DNA of 64,000 nucleotides from Candidatus Sumerlaeales bacterium (GCA_038243585.1 JBBSQY010000004.1:1-64000), one strand, 5' to 3'. Positions 46,626-57,063 are shown, counted from the first letter of the stretch. Program-made: numbers and translations. Notes: generated from the sequence alone by a model not told the origin.

Positions 46626-49600
46626 TTAAGGATTAAGTCCGGAGACTCTGCTGCGGGCTGCCGCTTTACCTGCTTCGAGGGCGTCATTTAATTTCTCAGG
46701 ATCTTTTATGCCGGCCTGGGCCATTTCCGGTTTGCCGCCGCCGCTGCCTCCGGCCGCCTGGGCGGCCGCTTTGATGATTTCTCCGGCTGACAAACCACGG
46801 GTGGCTACGTCTTTGCTTGCACCGGCGATCAAGGCTGCTTTGCCGTCGCTTACCGAGCCAATAAGGGCGAAGAGATTTTCCGGCTGACGTGACTTCATGG
46901 CGTCGTAGGCGTCTCGCAGGCCTTTGGCATCGAGGTTTTTAAACTGATGAACGACTATTTTTATGCCGTTGATGACCTCCGCTTTTGCAAGCACGTCAGC
47001 GGCGTCGGCTCCGCTGGCGGCGGCTTGGAATTTGGCCAGATCCCGCTTGGCAGCTTTCAGTTCTTCCTGCAGCGCTGCGACCCTTTCGCTAATCATGGCG
47101 CGGGGCACTTTAAAGTCCTCCGACAACGTCTTCAGCATGGCGCGCTCCAGCTGAATCATGTCGATGGCGGCGCGGCCGGTGACCGCTTCAATGCGCCTGA
47201 CGCCGGATGATACCGCGCTTTCGGAGATGATGAAAAACGGTCCAGCTTCACCGGTGGAAAGCAGATGAGTTCCACCGCAGAATTCGATGTCCCACTCGGG
47301 CACGTCGACGACGCGAACCCGCTGGCCATATTTCTCGCCAAAAGGAGCGATGATTCCGGGCAACTGGCGAGCTTCTTCAAGCGCCATCGTTTCGATCTCC
47401 AGGGGAGCGTCCGCCATTATCTGTTCGTTGACCAGACGCTCAATTTCTCCCAGCATTTCGCTTCCGAGAGCCTTGGCGTTTGTGAAGTCAAAACGAAGGT
47501 AGTCGGGGCCGACATAGGATCCCTGTTGCGTGGCGTGGGTTCCGATAACCCGCTTGAGTGCGCCCTGCATCAGGTGGGTGGCGGTATGGTTCCGCATAAT
47601 ATCGATACGGCGTTCCACATCAATGCCGGCGTCGAGTACGCTCTCACGGCTCAAGTTTCCGTTTTCGATGGTGCCAAAGTGAACGTAGACATTCTCCGGA
47701 CTCTTCTGTACATCGTAAACTCGAATCCTGCAGTTGCCGGACGTGAGCCAACCGGTATCGGCGACTTGCCCACCGGATTCTGCGTAAAACGGCGTCTGAT
47801 CCAGAACGAGCGCAACGTCATCACCGGTGGATGCGGTCTCAACGGGTTCGCCGTCTTTAAAGAGGCCCCAGATAAGGACATTCGGAACGGTGGCGACGGG
47901 GTAGGCACCGGAGAAGAAATCGTCATCTTCCATGGCCGCGAACACTTCATCTTCCGATGGGAAGTCTTCCGGATCGGCATAGGAATCCGACTCGTCCTCT
48001 TCATCATCATCGTCAGAATTTAGAGGGTTTTCAGAGTTTGCAGCGCTAAACAAATCTGTCAGGCCATTTTGGAAATTCTGAAATTCCTTGGTCTTGAACA
48101 GGGTTTCCATGTCGTGGATGTTGCTGGTTTCGCCGATGTCATCGTCATCATCTTCCAAGGCAAGGGGGTCGAAATCCTCATCGCTCTGCTGCTCCAGCAT
48201 ATTCTGGAGCATCTCCATGGTGTTCGGTCCGTTCTCTTCCGGGTAACCCAGAAAGGCGGTTGGGCCGCTTCGCTCTACAATCTGCTTCAGATACTCAGAA
48301 AGGTCACCAAGCCTGGTGCCTTTGCCGCCCTGACGGCTGATGGACTGGTGCTGGGAGACATGCTTGCGATAGCCTTCCATGTCGATGCTGAAGCCGCGTT
48401 CTGCGGCGATTTCCATAATATCATCGTATGGAAGGCCATAGGTGGCTGTTAGCTGGAAAACATCGTCGCCAGACAGGTGAGGGGTGGCGGTGCCTGCGCC
48501 CGAAAGCAGAGCTTCGAGTCGCGACAGACCAGCGCCGAGCGTTTGCACGTATGCGAGCTCTTCTGTGCGCACCACCTTTTTAATGTGGTCAGTATGCTGG
48601 GTAATTTCCGGATAGGTTTTGCCCATTGCTTCAATGATTGTATCCACCAGGTGTTCCATGAAGGGCTGTTCCTGACCGACGCGTCGCGCAAACCGAGCCG
48701 CGCGTCGGAGTAGGCGACGCAATACGTAGCCGCGGCCTTCGTTGCCGGGCATAATACCTTCGCTGAGGACGAACGTAAGGGCGCGCATATGGTCCGACAC
48801 GACATTAACGGCCTGCTGAACTTCCAGGGGAGCTTTGTGGTAATCGCCGACGCCCATGAGCTGAGCGGCGCGTTCCACGATGGGCAGCATCAAATCCGTC
48901 GTATATAAATTTTCTTTTTCCTGCACCAGACAGCAGATGCGCTCGAAACCTAAACCGGTGTCGACGCCGCGATTTTTCAGGGGCGGCCGGCTGCCGTCTT
49001 TCTGCTGGTCAAACTGTGGAAATACACAGTTGTAAAATTCCAGGTAGCGACTTCCAGGATCGTCGTCGTTAGTGGTGGCGTGTTGAAACGTGAGTCCGGC
49101 GCCATATTTTTCGCCGCGGTCATAATATAATTCGCTGCATGGGCCGCAGGCTCCGGTATCGCCCGCGGGTCCCCAAAAGTTATCCCGTGCCCCCAGACGC
49201 ACCATGCGTTCTTCGGGCAAACCGATTTCTTTGGTCCAGATATCCCAGGCCTCATCGTCGTCTTCAAACACGCTGGCATAGATCCGGGTTGGGTCCAGCT
49301 TGACCACCTGGGTTGAAAACTCCCAGGCCCATAGCAGGGCTTCCCGCTTGAAGTAGTCGCCAAAGGAGAAGTTGCCGAGCATTTCGAAGAACGTATGGTG
49401 GCGCAGGGTGCGCCCGACGTTTTCAAGATCGCTGCCTTTGCCGCCGGCCCGAAGGCACTTCTGCACGCTGCAGGCGCGGGTGTAGGGCAGCTGACCGCTC
49501 TCAGCATAAAGGGATTTAAACTGGACCATGCCGGCCGTGGTAAAGAGCAGGCTGGGATCATCCGGAGGCACTACCGGGGATGATGCTACAATTTTGTGTC

Positions 49601-49652
49601 CGCGCTCGGCGAAGAAATCGAGGAACGATTGGCGTATCTCATGGGCTTTCAT
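46626..49652 (-). CDS. alaS: Alanine--tRNA ligase with large acidic insertion
   Basis: LLFTTAGMVQFK, HHTFFEMLGNFSFGDYFK, GPCSE, DTGLGFER, TPFYAESGGQ, NHTATH, EFCGGTH, GGGK...AQAG. Start at MKAHEIR. Confidence 0.97.
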   Translation of the reverse strand: MKAHEIRQSFLDFFAERGHKIVASSPVVPPDDPSLLFTTAGMVQFKSLYAESGQLPYTRACSVQKCLRAGGKGSDLENVGRTLRHHTFFEMLGNFSFGDYFKREALLWAWEFSTQVVKLDPTRIYASVFEDDDEAWDIWTKEIGLPEERMVRLGARDNFWGPAGDTGACGPCSELYYDRGEKYGAGLTFQHATTNDDDPGSRYLEFYNCVFPQFDQQKDGSRPPLKNRGVDTGLGFERICCLVQEKENLYTTDLMLPIVERAAQLMGVGDYHKAPLEVQQAVNVVSDHMRALTFVLSEGIMPGNEGRGYVLRRLLRRAARFARRVGQEQPFMEHLVDTIIEAMGKTYPEITQHTDHIKKVVRTEELAYVQTLGAGLSRLEALLSGAGTATPHLSGDDVFQLTATYGLPYDDIMEIAAERGFSIDMEGYRKHVSQHQSISRQGGKGTRLGDLSEYLKQIVERSGPTAFLGYPEENGPNTMEMLQNMLEQQSDEDFDPLALEDDDDDIGETSNIHDMETLFKTKEFQNFQNGLTDLFSAANSENPLNSDDDDEEDESDSYADPEDFPSEDEVFAAMEDDDFFSGAYPVATVPNVLIWGLFKDGEPVETASTGDDVALVLDQTPFYAESGGQVADTGWLTSGNCRIRVYDVQKSPENVYVHFGTIENGNLSRESVLDAGIDVERRIDIMRNHTATHLMQGALKRVIGTHATQQGSYVGPDYLRFDFTNAKALGSEMLGEIERLVNEQIMADAPLEIETMALEEARQLPGIIAPFGEKYGQRVRVVDVPEWDIEFCGGTHLLSTGEAGPFFIISESAVSSGVRRIEAVTGRAAIDMIQLERAMLKTLSEDFKVPRAMISERVAALQEELKAAKRDLAKFQAAASGADAADVLAKAEVINGIKIVVHQFKNLDAKGLRDAYDAMKSRQPENLFALIGSVSDGKAALIAGASKDVATRGLSAGEIIKAAAQAAGGSGGGKPEMAQAGIKDPEKLNDALEAGKAAARSRVSGLNP

Positions 49653-49814
49653 ATCACCGGTTCTGACACAGTGGTTTCTGCTTTCTTCATGGCTTTTGTA
49701 GTAGAACAGGCGGGAGGCTCTCTTTTTCCGGTCCTGCCACCGCACTCCAAAACTCCTCGTCTATGTCCGCTCACAATTTTTCGCTGCTACTGCGATTTTG
49801 CAAAGAACCAGATT

Positions 49815-50624
49815 TTACCCGTTCATATCCCGTCGGATGAAAACCCAATATGCCGTTCCCAGGAAAACGGCAGAGCTCAACAGGCTGGTGGCCAGGAGCA
49901 GGTGCATGTTTTCCTGGTTCCAGCTTTCGGGGATTCCGATGGCGATGCTGTTTCCTATGCCGATGGCTTTGTCATAGTAGCTGCTGAAGATGTAATCGCC
50001 GAGGTCGACATCGCCGAACCGCACGAATACCTGGATAGGCAGCAGGCAGAATATGAGGCCAACGGCGACGCCGATGGCGGTGGCCACGCTGCGGGAGAGC
50101 ACGCTTACGAGGAGGGCAAAACACACGGTGGCTGCGTGGGGTATGTAGGTAAGGCCGAAGGCGATGGCGAATATCCAAAGCTGGCCTCCAAGGCCCGGCA
50201 GGTCCATGCCTTCGTCAAACTTCGTCGTAAGAGGGTAGCCGGCGGCTATGGGCAGTGCTACTGCCAAGTTCGCCAGAAACATAAGCAGGAGGTAGAGCAG
50301 GCCGGTGATCAGCTTCGCGTGTAGAAACTGAGACCGGCGTATGGGGTGCGGCAGGATCATGCGCAGGCTTCCGCGGCTGGTTTCCGATGCGAGCAACGTG
50401 GCCGCAAACACAGTCGAGAAGATGGGTATGATCGCGGTCGAGGCCAGGTTCAGGTTGTAGCTCAGATAGACGCGCGAGCTAAGTTCACCGGGCGTGGCCA
50501 TACGCTCAACCGTCTGTTTCGCCAGGACGGCGATAATCGCGCTGAACGCCAGCCCCATCCAGGGCAGCTTCAGGCGGACGGCTTTCATAAGTTCCGCGGA
50601 TATTAGTCGTGTGATGGCGCCCAT
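49815..50624 (-). CDS. ABC-2 type transporter permease
   Basis: AE..K, ASE...G.LR..L..P..R....AKL, F..RD. No ATPase gene adjacent. Confidence 0.82.
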   Translation of the reverse strand: MGAITRLISAELMKAVRLKLPWMGLAFSAIIAVLAKQTVERMATPGELSSRVYLSYNLNLASTAIIPIFSTVFAATLLASETSRGSLRMILPHPIRRSQFLHAKLITGLLYLLLMFLANLAVALPIAAGYPLTTKFDEGMDLPGLGGQLWIFAIAFGLTYIPHAATVCFALLVSVLSRSVATAIGVAVGLIFCLLPIQVFVRFGDVDLGDYIFSSYYDKAIGIGNSIAIGIPESWNQENMHLLLATSLLSSAVFLGTAYWVFIRRDMNG

Positions 50625-50762
50625 GCTTATACTGGGAGAACCTCATGGTGTAGTGGCATCAATGTAAAGACTGAAATCAGAAGGCACGACAAAGAAACAA
50701 AAATCCGCTTCGACGGCAACAACAATTCGCAGCAATTAATGTTGATAGCATCTGGAGGGCTG

Positions 50763-51596
50763 ATGTTCATGGATTCAGAAACAATGATCGACACACATTC
50801 ACACATACATGGTCCACAATATGTGGAGGATTTTCCTGAGGTACTGGATCGGGCCCGACAGGCGGGCGTTGAGCGGATTGTGCTTGTGGGGGTAAATCCG
50901 GATGATACGGATCGGGCGCTGCAAGTGGCCAGAGAGAATCCGGATGCCTTTTATGTCGTGGCAGGGCTTCATCCTCATGAGGCGAAAGCGTGGGATAATG
51001 GCGTCAGGGACAGGTTGCGGGACCAGATTGAGCAGAATCCCGGTCGCATTGTCGCCGTGGGGGAGATGGGTCTCGATTATCATTATGACTTCGCACCGCG
51101 CGATGTGCAGAAGTCGGCCTTCATAGGGCAGATGGAGCTGGCGAGAGAGACAGGCCTGCCCATTGTCATTCATTGCCGAGAGGCGTATGACGATTGCATG
51201 GAAATGTTAAAGGAATTTTACGGCACTGAAGCTCCTGATCTGGCTCATCCTCGCGGAGTTCTTCATTGTTACTTTGGCACCGTTGAGCAAGCGGCACAGG
51301 CTGTGGAACTGGGCTTTATGCTGGGTATCGGTGGATCCTGCACGTTTAAAAAAGCTGATGAGGTCCATCGGGTGATTGTGGAAATCGGGCTTGAAAATCT
51401 TGTGCTGGAGACAGACGCGCCCTATATGGCACCAGTTCCTTATCGCGGCAAACGCAATGAATCGTCCTATTTGTCTCATGTAGTCGCCCGGATTGCTGAG
51501 CTTAAATCCGTGGACGAAAAAACTGTGCGCAAGATGACATCTGACAACGCTTTGCAACTGTATTTTAATCGTCCCCCAGCCAACCTTACTTTGTAG
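50763..51596 (+). CDS. tatD: TatD family hydrolase
   Basis: IDTHSH, GLHPH, VGEMGLDY, IHCREA, LHCY, ETDAPY. GGAGG precedes ATG 50763. Confidence 0.93.
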   Translation: MFMDSETMIDTHSHIHGPQYVEDFPEVLDRARQAGVERIVLVGVNPDDTDRALQVARENPDAFYVVAGLHPHEAKAWDNGVRDRLRDQIEQNPGRIVAVGEMGLDYHYDFAPRDVQKSAFIGQMELARETGLPIVIHCREAYDDCMEMLKEFYGTEAPDLAHPRGVLHCYFGTVEQAAQAVELGFMLGIGGSCTFKKADEVHRVIVEIGLENLVLETDAPYMAPVPYRGKRNESSYLSHVVARIAELKSVDEKTVRKMTSDNALQLYFNRPPANLTL

Positions 51597-51621
51597 TTCA
51601 TCACCGGAAAGCATAATTAAC

Positions 51622-52368
51622 ATGGTTAAATTTGCAATAGTGGGCGTCCGCCGCAGCGGTACAAAACTGATAGCCACCAACCTTGACAGCCATCCTGATA
51701 TCAAGTGTATCAATGAGGCTTTTGTCGTTGGTGGTAGATTGTTTCGGCCCAGAGGGGTTGATTTTGCCCATAATTACAGATCCTGGTATACGGCCTCTCT
51801 CACGAGGCGGGTAAAAGACCTGGTGATGCGACCTTCCTGTGTGGCGGAATATCTGGACGATTTGTACTCCCAGGACAAATTTCAGGCTATCGGTTTTAAG
51901 CTGATGGAAAAGGAACATCGTAAGTTTCCTACGGTGCTGGATTACCTTCGACGTAATAACGCTTCCATCATCCAGGTAACTAGGAAAAATGAACTTAAGA
52001 CGCTGGTTTCCAGGTCAGTTAAAAGGGTAAACAACGTGGCCCACACGACGCGCAGCGTCGAAAGGGTGCAGGTTACCCTTCAGGAAGAGAAGCTGATTTC
52101 GAGATTAACCAGCATTGCCCGGGCAAACGAAAGAATGGAAGAAGCTGTCGCAGGGATGCCTTATCTGCGAGTCTATTACGAAGATTTTATCGAACACAAA
52201 GACAGAGAAGTGGAGCGGATGCTTAACTTTTTGTCAGTTGATGCTTCGAGGCAGCTTCACTCCGACCTGATCAAAGGGAACCCTGATTCTCTCCGAAACA
52301 TCATTTCTAATTATGAAGCAGTTGCCGGGATACTAAAAGGTACCGAGTTTGAATGGTGCCTTGATTAG
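51622..52368 (+). CDS. Sulfotransferase (Stf0-like)
   Basis: PAPS loop RRSGT...L.SHP.I....E; GFKLM; R.N.L...VS; YEDF; NYE. Confidence 0.8.
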   Translation: MVKFAIVGVRRSGTKLIATNLDSHPDIKCINEAFVVGGRLFRPRGVDFAHNYRSWYTASLTRRVKDLVMRPSCVAEYLDDLYSQDKFQAIGFKLMEKEHRKFPTVLDYLRRNNASIIQVTRKNELKTLVSRSVKRVNNVAHTTRSVERVQVTLQEEKLISRLTSIARANERMEEAVAGMPYLRVYYEDFIEHKDREVERMLNFLSVDASRQLHSDLIKGNPDSLRNIISNYEAVAGILKGTEFEWCLD

Positions 52369-52379
52369 CTGCTTACCTC

Positions 52380-53375
52380 TTACTGCGGGTATCGCGGCAT
52401 CAGGTCTGCGCTGGTAAACAGTCCGGTTATTCCCTGCCGATTTAGCCAGAATCCGGCGTTCATATAGCCAAGGGCGGGGCCGTTTACGTTGGCGGCCATG
52501 CTGGTTTCGTCTCCGAGAGTGAAGGTGTGCGTGCTGCGCTTGCCTTCGAAGGTGAGACCTGTGACTTTTACACTGGTGCTGACAGGTTTGTCGGGATTTC
52601 TAGTGTCAACGAGACCGCCTACTTTGACTTTGCTGCGGTGGAGGATACCCGCCTGCTCAAGCATGATGTCGTCGGCGTGTTCCATGTTGACCAGTTCGAG
52701 CAGGCCGTTCCGCGATTCCAGTTCCGCTTCGATTTCAACGTCGGACATGGCAGAAACTTTATTGACGTCGAAGCCGGCAAGATGTGCGATATCTTCGCGG
52801 ATAGTGGCGCGATAGGCTTCCCAGTTGGCGATACCAACCCCAAACCAGATCGTAACGTCTTCAACCTCGACAAAAGACTGAGCGGCCAGGCTGGCGGCGG
52901 CGGTGAGGAGGCCGGGAGTGGCGCCGCAACCAGTGATATAGGTGACGCCGGACGCAGCCAAGGCCTCGCGGCGCGCGAATACCATATCCATGGCGGAGGT
53001 GCGCTTTAAGGCATCGACTACCACGCCTTTGTAGCCGCTGGCAATAATGCGGTCGATGGTCTCAGGGATGAATTCATTAGGAAGATTTGGCAATGCGAGG
53101 AAGATGCCGTCGATTTCGCCTTTGCCGGCATGGGCCAGCACCTGATCAAGGGGATTGTTTGCACGCAGCCCGACGTTTTTTACGTCGCCGACGGTGTGGC
53201 CGGGGGGCAGGTGATCAAAGAGTTCGGACGAAGACAAACCGTCGGCGCTGTAGGCGAAACCTTCGGTATCACACATAGCGACCAAGGTTAACGATTTTTT
53301 GAAATCCAAAAGCCGGGCCATATTGCGTCCCAAACCGCCGGCGCCCAAAACTGCTACTCGTTTAACATCGCTCAT
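52380..53375 (-). CDS. bioU: (S)-8-amino-7-oxononanoate synthase BioU-like protein
   Basis: Rossmann VLGAGGLG, LALPNLPN, DALKRT, GCGATPGLL, ANWEAYRATIREDIAH, MEHADD, ETSMAANV. Start at MSDVK. Confidence 0.85.
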   Translation of the reverse strand: MSDVKRVAVLGAGGLGRNMARLLDFKKSLTLVAMCDTEGFAYSADGLSSSELFDHLPPGHTVGDVKNVGLRANNPLDQVLAHAGKGEIDGIFLALPNLPNEFIPETIDRIIASGYKGVVVDALKRTSAMDMVFARREALAASGVTYITGCGATPGLLTAAASLAAQSFVEVEDVTIWFGVGIANWEAYRATIREDIAHLAGFDVNKVSAMSDVEIEAELESRNGLLELVNMEHADDIMLEQAGILHRSKVKVGGLVDTRNPDKPVSTSVKVTGLTFEGKRSTHTFTLGDETSMAANVNGPALGYMNAGFWLNRQGITGLFTSADLMPRYPQ

Positions 53376-53610
53376 GTGAGAGTTTCTCCTGATTATTTCT
53401 AAGATAAAAAGGCGGTTGCTCCGCGAGTCATTGCAAGGGAAAATTGCGTTGAAAAATTGGATGGGGCTTAGTCGTCGTCTTTTTCGGCATGAACTATAGT
53501 TCGTCTCTCGATTGTAATAGGCAGGCGGCATTGAGAAGCTTGACTTGCCTGTTATTGTGGGTTTTGCCTTTTCTATTAGCTGATCTTCGTATAAGTGAAA
53601 GGATTGCGCC

Positions 53611-54618
53611 ATGGACGACAGCAAAGATAACGGAGTCTCCAGACGGGACTTTATGAAACGAGCGGCCGCGGGGGCTGCTGCAATCGGCCTGGCAGGTATG
53701 ATTCCTTCAGGCATTCAGGCGGCCGAGGGCCTTACTTCTGGCACGGCTGCGACGGCCGGTGCGGGCGGCTCCTTAATCCCACTGCGGACCCTGGGAAACA
53801 CGGGGGCAAGAATTTCCATGCTTGGTTTTGGCGGAGGTTCGCGATTCCTGATTGCGTCTGAGGAGCAAGGGGCGGCAATGTTAGAACGGGCCGTGGAACT
53901 TGGGATTACCTATTTTGATACGGCATCATCTTATGGCAAGGATCGCGCATCCGAGAAGAGGTATGGAGAAGTACTTCCGAAATACCGGGATAAAATCTTC
54001 CTGACGACAAAAACGGCTGACCGTACCTATGATGGCATGATGAAATCCGTGGAAGAAAGCCTGGCGCATCTTAAGACAGACCATCTTGATCTGATGCAGA
54101 TGCATGACGTTGGGCCGAAGGATGACCCGGCGGCGTGGGAGAAACCGGACGGTGCACTGACTGCCCTGCGCAAATTACGTGACCAGAAGGTAATCAGATT
54201 TATTGGCTTTACGGGGCACCAGAAGGCGGAGGTGCATCGGAACATTATCGAGAAACTGGATTACGACACGGTATTAATGGCGTTGAATGCGGCGGACCAT
54301 AAGTCATTTCGAGAAGTAGCACTACCGGCGGCAGAAAAGAAGAACATGGGTATCATCGCCATGAAGGTAACCCGCGGCCTAGTTGGCGAAGGTGAGGGAA
54401 AAAGCACACCAGCCGAACTTCTTTCATGGGCTTTTTCGTTGCCGATCTCCACAGTAATCGTGGGAATGGAAACGCTGGAGCAAATTGATCAGAATGTGCA
54501 ACAGGCGAGGGTTTGGGCACCGGGCAAGACCGACGTGGCGGCGTTGACACGGCGTATTACGCCTCACGCTAGTTTTGAACAGGTGAGCTGGGCTATGCCG
54601 GATTATCGGGACGCCTGA
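53611..54618 (+). CDS. Tat-exported aldo/keto reductase
   Basis: Tat motif SRRDFMK; RTLGNTG, YFDTASSYG, LTTK, IGFTGH, IIAMK. Confidence 0.9.
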   Translation: MDDSKDNGVSRRDFMKRAAAGAAAIGLAGMIPSGIQAAEGLTSGTAATAGAGGSLIPLRTLGNTGARISMLGFGGGSRFLIASEEQGAAMLERAVELGITYFDTASSYGKDRASEKRYGEVLPKYRDKIFLTTKTADRTYDGMMKSVEESLAHLKTDHLDLMQMHDVGPKDDPAAWEKPDGALTALRKLRDQKVIRFIGFTGHQKAEVHRNIIEKLDYDTVLMALNAADHKSFREVALPAAEKKNMGIIAMKVTRGLVGEGEGKSTPAELLSWAFSLPISTVIVGMETLEQIDQNVQQARVWAPGKTDVAALTRRITPHASFEQVSWAMPDYRDA

Positions 54619-54668
54619 GCAGAGCGCATCCGCAGTACCTGACTGAATTAACTGGATTTTTCAAGCAA

Positions 54669-55127
54669 TTAATTTGGTAAGAACGTGGGCTTTTTCACCA
54701 GTACGGCAGCTCCGGGTTCGGCCATGCCCTCCTCCAGAAACCGCAGAGTACAGGCGGGGTGGAGGGGGGAGGTCGGATCAGGGGCTTTTGTTATAATTAG
54801 AATGGCGTCGCCAATTTTCACTGTAGAGTGAACGGTGAGATTACCCGGGTCGATGCCGCGAATGACAATTTGTTCGCCCAGACAACCCGGCGTAACCGGG
54901 CGCTTGAGCCGAGCGGTGATGAGAGGGTAATGCTCTTCCAGCAGAAGTGTAACGGTCCCCGTCGGGTGGAGGTGGAATAGGGCGGGTTCCAGCCAGACCA
55001 GTTCACAGAGACGGGAACGAATGGGTGGGAGATGATCTGCGACAGCCGCCGCAGGAAAAGTGCCGCGGCCTGGAAAGATGTCGGAAAGAAATCCACTGGT
55101 TTCGTCCGAAGTCGCTGATGCCGGCAT
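54669..55127 (-). CDS. MOSC-like domain protein (degenerate)
   Basis: PG.LGEQI...GID....G..IGDA.L.IT pattern, similar to MOSC. Confidence 0.5.
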   Translation of the reverse strand: MPASATSDETSGFLSDIFPGRGTFPAAAVADHLPPIRSRLCELVWLEPALFHLHPTGTVTLLLEEHYPLITARLKRPVTPGCLGEQIVIRGIDPGNLTVHSTVKIGDAILIITKAPDPTSPLHPACTLRFLEEGMAEPGAAVLVKKPTFLPN

Positions 55128-55147
55128 GGGTAAGGGCGCCTGTAAGC

Positions 55148-55429
55148 CTAGTATATATAGTTACGCCGGCGGGCGATTTCTTCTTTTTTCTGGGCGAATA
55201 TGGCTTGCCACTCGGCGCTGCCCTGGGGAATTTTCCGCTGCATTTTATCGATCATTTCAACGACTTCGCGGTCGATGGTCTCTTCAATGCGTAGGTCTTC
55301 GTCGATAACACGGGCGATTTCGGATTCAAGGACGATGGAGCTGCCCTTAAAGTCGATTAGTTTTTTCGTGGTAAGTTCTTCGGCTATCTGGCCGGCGATG
55401 AACTGGATTCTGTCTTCGGAAAGGCGCAT
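55148..55429 (-). CDS. DUF507 family protein
   Basis: MRLSEDRI..IA..I...L, E..ID.EV, IP.GS.EW. Confidence 0.75.
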   Translation of the reverse strand: MRLSEDRIQFIAGQIAEELTTKKLIDFKGSSIVLESEIARVIDEDLRIEETIDREVVEMIDKMQRKIPQGSAEWQAIFAQKKEEIARRRNYIY

Positions 55430-55478
55430 GAGGCGGGGGTCCTGTGGGATGAATGTTTTTTTAGCTGGTGGCTGACAG

Positions 55479-55760
55479 TTACAGGGTGATTTTTCTTTGT
55501 CGCGCGAGTTCTTTTTTGGTGCGGTCGAGCAGGGTATTGTAGCTCATGTTCTGGCGGTCGATATTCATTTTGTGCTGGCTGAGGATCTGTTCCGCTTCTT
55601 TTTCGAGGTCGTCTTCCCGTTTAAGATCTTCCTGGATCAGGCGGCGTACGGTGCCTTCAATTTGATCTATCGGGGCGATAATTTCAGCGCGTTTGTGGGC
55701 CTTTAGGGATGCTGCCACCTTGCGGGCCAGGGATTCTATTTTTTCCGGTTTTAATCTCAT
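55479..55760 (-). CDS. DUF507 family protein
   Basis: MRL....I..LA.KV, E..LE.EA..IL, K.ELA..R. Tandem paralog of the 55148 gene. Confidence 0.75.
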   Translation of the reverse strand: MRLKPEKIESLARKVAASLKAHKRAEIIAPIDQIEGTVRRLIQEDLKREDDLEKEAEQILSQHKMNIDRQNMSYNTLLDRTKKELARQRKITL

Positions 55761-55775
55761 GGGGGTGTCCTGGGT

Positions 55776-56522
55776 TTATTGGTATTGTTCGATGAGTTCG
55801 TCGCTGATGTCGTAGTTTGCGCTGACGATGCCGACGTCGTCGTGTTCTTCAAGGGTATTCAACAGCTTGAGAACGCCTTCGGCGTCTTTCCCTTCGACGG
55901 CTTTTGTCATGGTGGGAATGCTGCTGATTTCAGAGCTTTCAATTTTAAAGCCAGCCTGTTCAATGGCTTCCCGGACATCGTTAAGAGCGGTGGGGGATGT
56001 GGTGATTGTGAAGCCGTCCTCTTCGGATTTGAAATCGTCGGCACCAGATTCGAGAGCGATTTCCATGAGCTGGTCTTCGTCTGCCCCTTCGCGGGCAATG
56101 AGGATGATGCCATGTTTTTCAAAGAGATAAGAGACGCTGCCGACGGCTCCGAGATTTCCGTGGCCCTTGCTGAAGATATGGCGGATTTCTGCGGCGGTGC
56201 GGTTTTTGTTGTCGCTGGTGCATTCGACCATGATGGCGACGCCGCCGGGGCCATAACCTTCGTAGACCATCTCTTCGTAGGTAGCGCCTTCAAGTTCGCC
56301 AGCGCCTTTTTTTACAGCGTTTTCGATATTTTTCAGGGGCATGTTGACGTCTTTTGCGCCGGCTATCGCGGTGCGCAGACGGGGGTTTGCGCTGGGATCG
56401 CTGCCGCCCATACGGGACGCGATGGTGAGTTCGCGGATGATACGGGTGAAGGTCTTGCCGCGTTTAGCGTCAACGATTGCTTTTTTGTGTTTGATTGAGG
56501 CCCATTTGGAATGACCGGACAT
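55776..56522 (-). CDS. yebC: YebC/PmpR family protein
   Basis: MSGHSKWASIKHKK, NPRLR, YEGYGPGGVA, DNKNRT, LEEHDDV. Confidence 0.96.
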   Translation of the reverse strand: MSGHSKWASIKHKKAIVDAKRGKTFTRIIRELTIASRMGGSDPSANPRLRTAIAGAKDVNMPLKNIENAVKKGAGELEGATYEEMVYEGYGPGGVAIMVECTSDNKNRTAAEIRHIFSKGHGNLGAVGSVSYLFEKHGIILIAREGADEDQLMEIALESGADDFKSEEDGFTITTSPTALNDVREAIEQAGFKIESSEISSIPTMTKAVEGKDAEGVLKLLNTLEEHDDVGIVSANYDISDELIEQYQ

Positions 56523-56718
56523 CGTGTTATTTCCTGTTCATTAAAATGGTGGGAGCTGATCGAACGAGTCCGTTGATGTTACCACTAACCAGAAAATCAT
56601 TTTGAGGTTGTGTCAAATTGAAATTGAACGGGAAATAAGGGGTCTCCCGACTTCGCCGAATTATCGTGCGCAGGAGTGGAGTCTCTGGGCCTAATGAACT
56701 CTATAAAATGAGACTTCG

Positions 56719-57063
56719 TTAGAAGGCCAGGCGGATCATCTTTTTCAGTTCGGTGGCCATCTGGGTGGGGTTTGTGGTGTTGAATAGCTGCGTTAGCGCG
56801 AACCAGATGACCGCGCCGAGGATTGCGCTGATGATGAGAGTGCGGAGGCATCCGAGCAGGGAAAAGCGTGTGCGCCGGCGGACCGGGGTATCAGATATAG
56901 CGGACTGAAACTCCTGAAAGGCAGCGGCACATTCGGATCCGCAGAAGCGTCCGCCGCTGGCAATGGCACAGTTATCACAGATGGGCTTGCCACAGCGGCG
57001 ACAGCCGTATAAGGCCCGGCGGATGGGGTGATTGGCGCACATGCCACGGCCGGGGCTAGCCAT
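56719..57063 (-). CDS. Small B-box-like zinc-finger membrane protein
   Basis: CANHP...C..CGKPIC..C.......FC..EC followed by a TM helix. Start MASPGRG overlaps the glycosyltransferase stop. Confidence 0.7.
   Translation of the reverse strand: MASPGRGMCANHPIRRALYGCRRCGKPICDNCAIASGGRFCGSECAAAFQEFQSAISDTPVRRRTRFSLLGCLRTLIISAILGAVIWFALTQLFNTTNPTQMATELKKMIRLAF

Noticed and set aside
47890..48242. Intein or intron explanation for the alaS insert
   Set aside because: No Cys/Ser start, His-Asn end or endonuclease motifs; the segment is low-complexity and acidic.
53376..53714. N-terminal extension of the bioU ORF (similarly thiC, alaS, rplM, rplY, abiF and the zinc-finger gene)
   Set aside because: The extensions overlap promoters, riboswitches or neighbouring genes. 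Family homology starts at downstream start codons.
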